From: a virus
IMG/VR virus record: IMGVR_UViG_3300020183_000001
Span: 1-64,000 of that record
DNA length: 64,000 nt
Direction: 5' to 3' (one strand)
Part shown: positions 62,001-64,000 of the stretch, in pieces
How the letters are laid out: the number at the start of each line of letters is the position of its first letter
Position numbering within the stretch: the first letter of the stretch is position 1
Made by a program: the position numbers and the translations under genes
Notes under the pieces: model-generated
Database searches by the model: none
What the model was told of the DNA's origin: nothing
Seen by the model: only the letters and a program-made list of their open reading frames with translations

Positions 62001-64000
62001 ATGGGACTTTCATATGATCCTGGTTCGCGCAAGTGGAATTTAATTTATGAAAAAGTAGATTACAAGACCGATAATCCAACAAACCTTCCCGAAACTAATC
62101 AAGTTCAAAGAACTTTTGCGGATCTTCGCTCAGATCCTGATATTGAATTTAGGCGTCAGTGGGGAGGACCACAGTTCCCTTGGAGTAAATCTCGACAAAG
62201 ATATATAGGCCCTGGTAATTTAGGTACCAAAGCTGTACCGAATGAAGCCAATATAACAACTAATAAGAGGAACAAAGAATTAAATGATTTAAATGCATCT
62301 TTAAACACAAGTAACGCAGCCAAGAACGCTGCTTACGATAAAACAATGGCAGCCGTTAATTCAACACGAGGAGGTGATTATGTTCAACAAAGAGAGTTAA
62401 TTCGTCAAATTGGTGGAGTTGATTCAGGTTTAAAAAATACACTCGAAAATTATTACAAGGCGTATTACAGTAATGAAAAACTGCAACCATGGGATTCAAA
62501 CCTTGGAGCTAAACCTCCCTATGGTACGTTTGATCCCAGCTATTACAAAGCTCAAAACCCAGCAGCTACACAACAATGGCAAGCTGCTGTTGCCAACGAT
62601 GATATTGATATTACACAACGGTATGGTGAGAATGGGTTTTACTTAAATCACTACACAACGCAGGGAAAACCAGCAGGTGCCCGTGGGAACAAAGCAGAAG
62701 AACTCGCAGCGGCTAAACAATATGTAGAACGTAAACCAACTGATGTAGACCTCCAACAAGTACGTACAGTTCAACTTGGCGTAGATACAGATACACAAAC
62801 GGAACGTCTTTTGCGTGTACCAGAAGTGGCTGCAGCCTGGGAAGCAGCCAAAGCAGGAGATAGTTATTGGAAAGCAAAAGGAAAAGAATTCTTCCTGGAC
62901 CCCAACAAACCAGATGAGTTTGCTGTTCTCTTCCGGATGTCTGATCGACCGGAAGATAAAGAGATTGCTTTCAAGTACAACATTAATGCAGATTACGGTA
63001 TTACTGAGCTGGAAGATGCTCTTAACGTTGCTGTTGGTGAAAAAGCAATTGTTGACGTAAAGCGTTTTGGTGCGTTAACTCAGAACGTCTTAAAAGATAC
63101 AATTGATCAGATGAAGCAAGCAAAAGCACGAGAACAAGAGCTTGCCATCTTTAATAGCTTTGATACTTTTGGTGAGATCACAAATATTAATAAAGATTTA
63201 ACAAATTCAATTCTTGGTGATTCTGGGATTGGTGGAGTTCTTTCATTTATGGGTGGCGATAAAGCTCAGAAATCTTTAGAAAAATCTCTGCGTGGAATTA
63301 CTGGTATTAATAACGAAGTCACTTATAACTGGCAGCAATGGTTTGATGATACTCTTAAGAAAAAGTACCAGGAAGATATTGAGCTGGGACTTACAAAAGA
63401 TGAAGCACAAGAACAAGTAAAAATTCAAGGGCAGTTTGCACGTGACTTCATTGATCAATATTTGATTCCGCGTTTTAACGAATCAAGATCGATGAATGAA
63501 TTTGTCGAGTATCTTGATGTACGTCAATCAGAGCAAAACCCATTTCAGACTCAAGACATTCTTAATGCTGTAAAATTGGTTGCCGATTTGAAAGCTAATC
63601 AATATATTGAAGAGTTGCGTAAAACACCAGAACGATACTTTAATGCTGAGTTTTATTTCAACCCATCGGGAGACAAAGCAAGAGAAGGTGCTTATGCAAC
63701 ACAAGCGCAAACAGTTAACGCCGACTGGGAAGCAGCTAAAAATGGAGATCCCTACTGGGCATCACAAGCTTATCGCTTTGGTGTAGACATCAATGACAAA
63801 GATGCCTTTGCACGCATGCACTTCCAAGTCAAAGGACAAGGACAAGGATATGATCCAGCGGATGACATCTTAAATGCTTCTAAAGTCAGCGATTACATCT
63901 ACAGTAAAATTCTGCCTGCACTTAACGAAGAGGCCCTGGCGCAAGGGACAGTCTTTGGTCAGTTCCTGCGGCCAGAAGAGTTTGCTGATGAAATGCTAAA
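62001..64000 (+). CDS. large virion-like protein, 3' partial (absent from ORF track)
   Basis: Frame appears open from ATG 62001 to the window end; internal repeats FDPSYY..NP / FNAEFYFNP and WEAAK.GD.YW. Confidence 0.8.
   Translation, partial: MGLSYDPGSRKWNLIYEKVDYKTDNPTNLPETNQVQRTFADLRSDPDIEFRRQWGGPQFPWSKSRQRYIGPGNLGTKAVPNEANITTNKRNKELNDLNASLNTSNAAKNAAYDKTMAAVNSTRGGDYVQQRELIRQIGGVDSGLKNTLENYYKAYYSNEKLQPWDSNLGAKPPYGTFDPSYYKAQNPAATQQWQAAVANDDIDITQRYGENGFYLNHYTTQGKPAGARGNKAEELAAAKQYVERKPTDVDLQQVRTVQLGVDTDTQTERLLRVPEVAAAWEAAKAGDSYWKAKGKEFFLDPNKPDEFAVLFRMSDRPEDKEIAFKYNINADYGITELEDALNVAVGEKAIVDVKRFGALTQNVLKDTIDQMKQAKAREQELAIFNSFDTFGEITNINKDLTNSILGDSGIGGVLSFMGGDKAQKSLEKSLRGITGINNEVTYNWQQWFDDTLKKKYQEDIELGLTKDEAQEQVKIQGQFARDFIDQYLIPRFNESRSMNEFVEYLDVRQSEQNPFQTQDILNAVKLVADLKANQYIEELRKTPERYFNAEFYFNPSGDKAREGAYATQAQTVNADWEAAKNGDPYWASQAYRFGVDINDKDAFARMHFQVKGQGQGYDPADDILNASKVSDYIYSKILPALNEEALAQGTVFGQFLRPEEFADEML

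Overview
This window is about 64 kb of a tailed dsDNA phage genome. A freshwater or picocyanobacterial host is inferred from speD, gmd, dps, thyX, a DUF5895-like protein, tRNA-Leu(UAA) and TTTTCCACA boxes. Positions 1-12.8 kb carry speD, a D5-type primase-helicase, a PD-(D/E)XK exonuclease, a Gmd + ColD-like + two-glycosyltransferase sugar module, basic proteins, a small non-coding RNA island ending in an atypical tRNA-like element, an HNH gene and dps. Positions 12.8-36.2 kb are a mostly leftward early/replication arm (Gp157-like, SWIM protein, DUF5895-like, SSB, T7-like PolA, Gp88-like, thyX, PcfJ-like, many small ORFs). Its gene junctions are occupied by four families of conserved, covarying RNA-like structures (about 17 copies), including an H-type pseudoknot and a miniature tRNA-like three-way junction. 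Positions 36.8-64 kb are a rightward late arm: probable internal virion proteins, terminase, a portal overlapping a scaffold-like gene by 605 nt, major capsid, HhH protein, lysozyme-like and tail-like genes, a vestigial Int/Xis-like pair, HNH and a truncated large ORF. Stand-out observations are the intergenic RNA punctuation system, a 100-bp GC-rich insertion with a CAG duplication that frameshifts a gene at 12.45 kb, the ncRNA island, and a signal-peptide-only ORF behind a structured leader. Family names come from motif recognition only; no searches were run.
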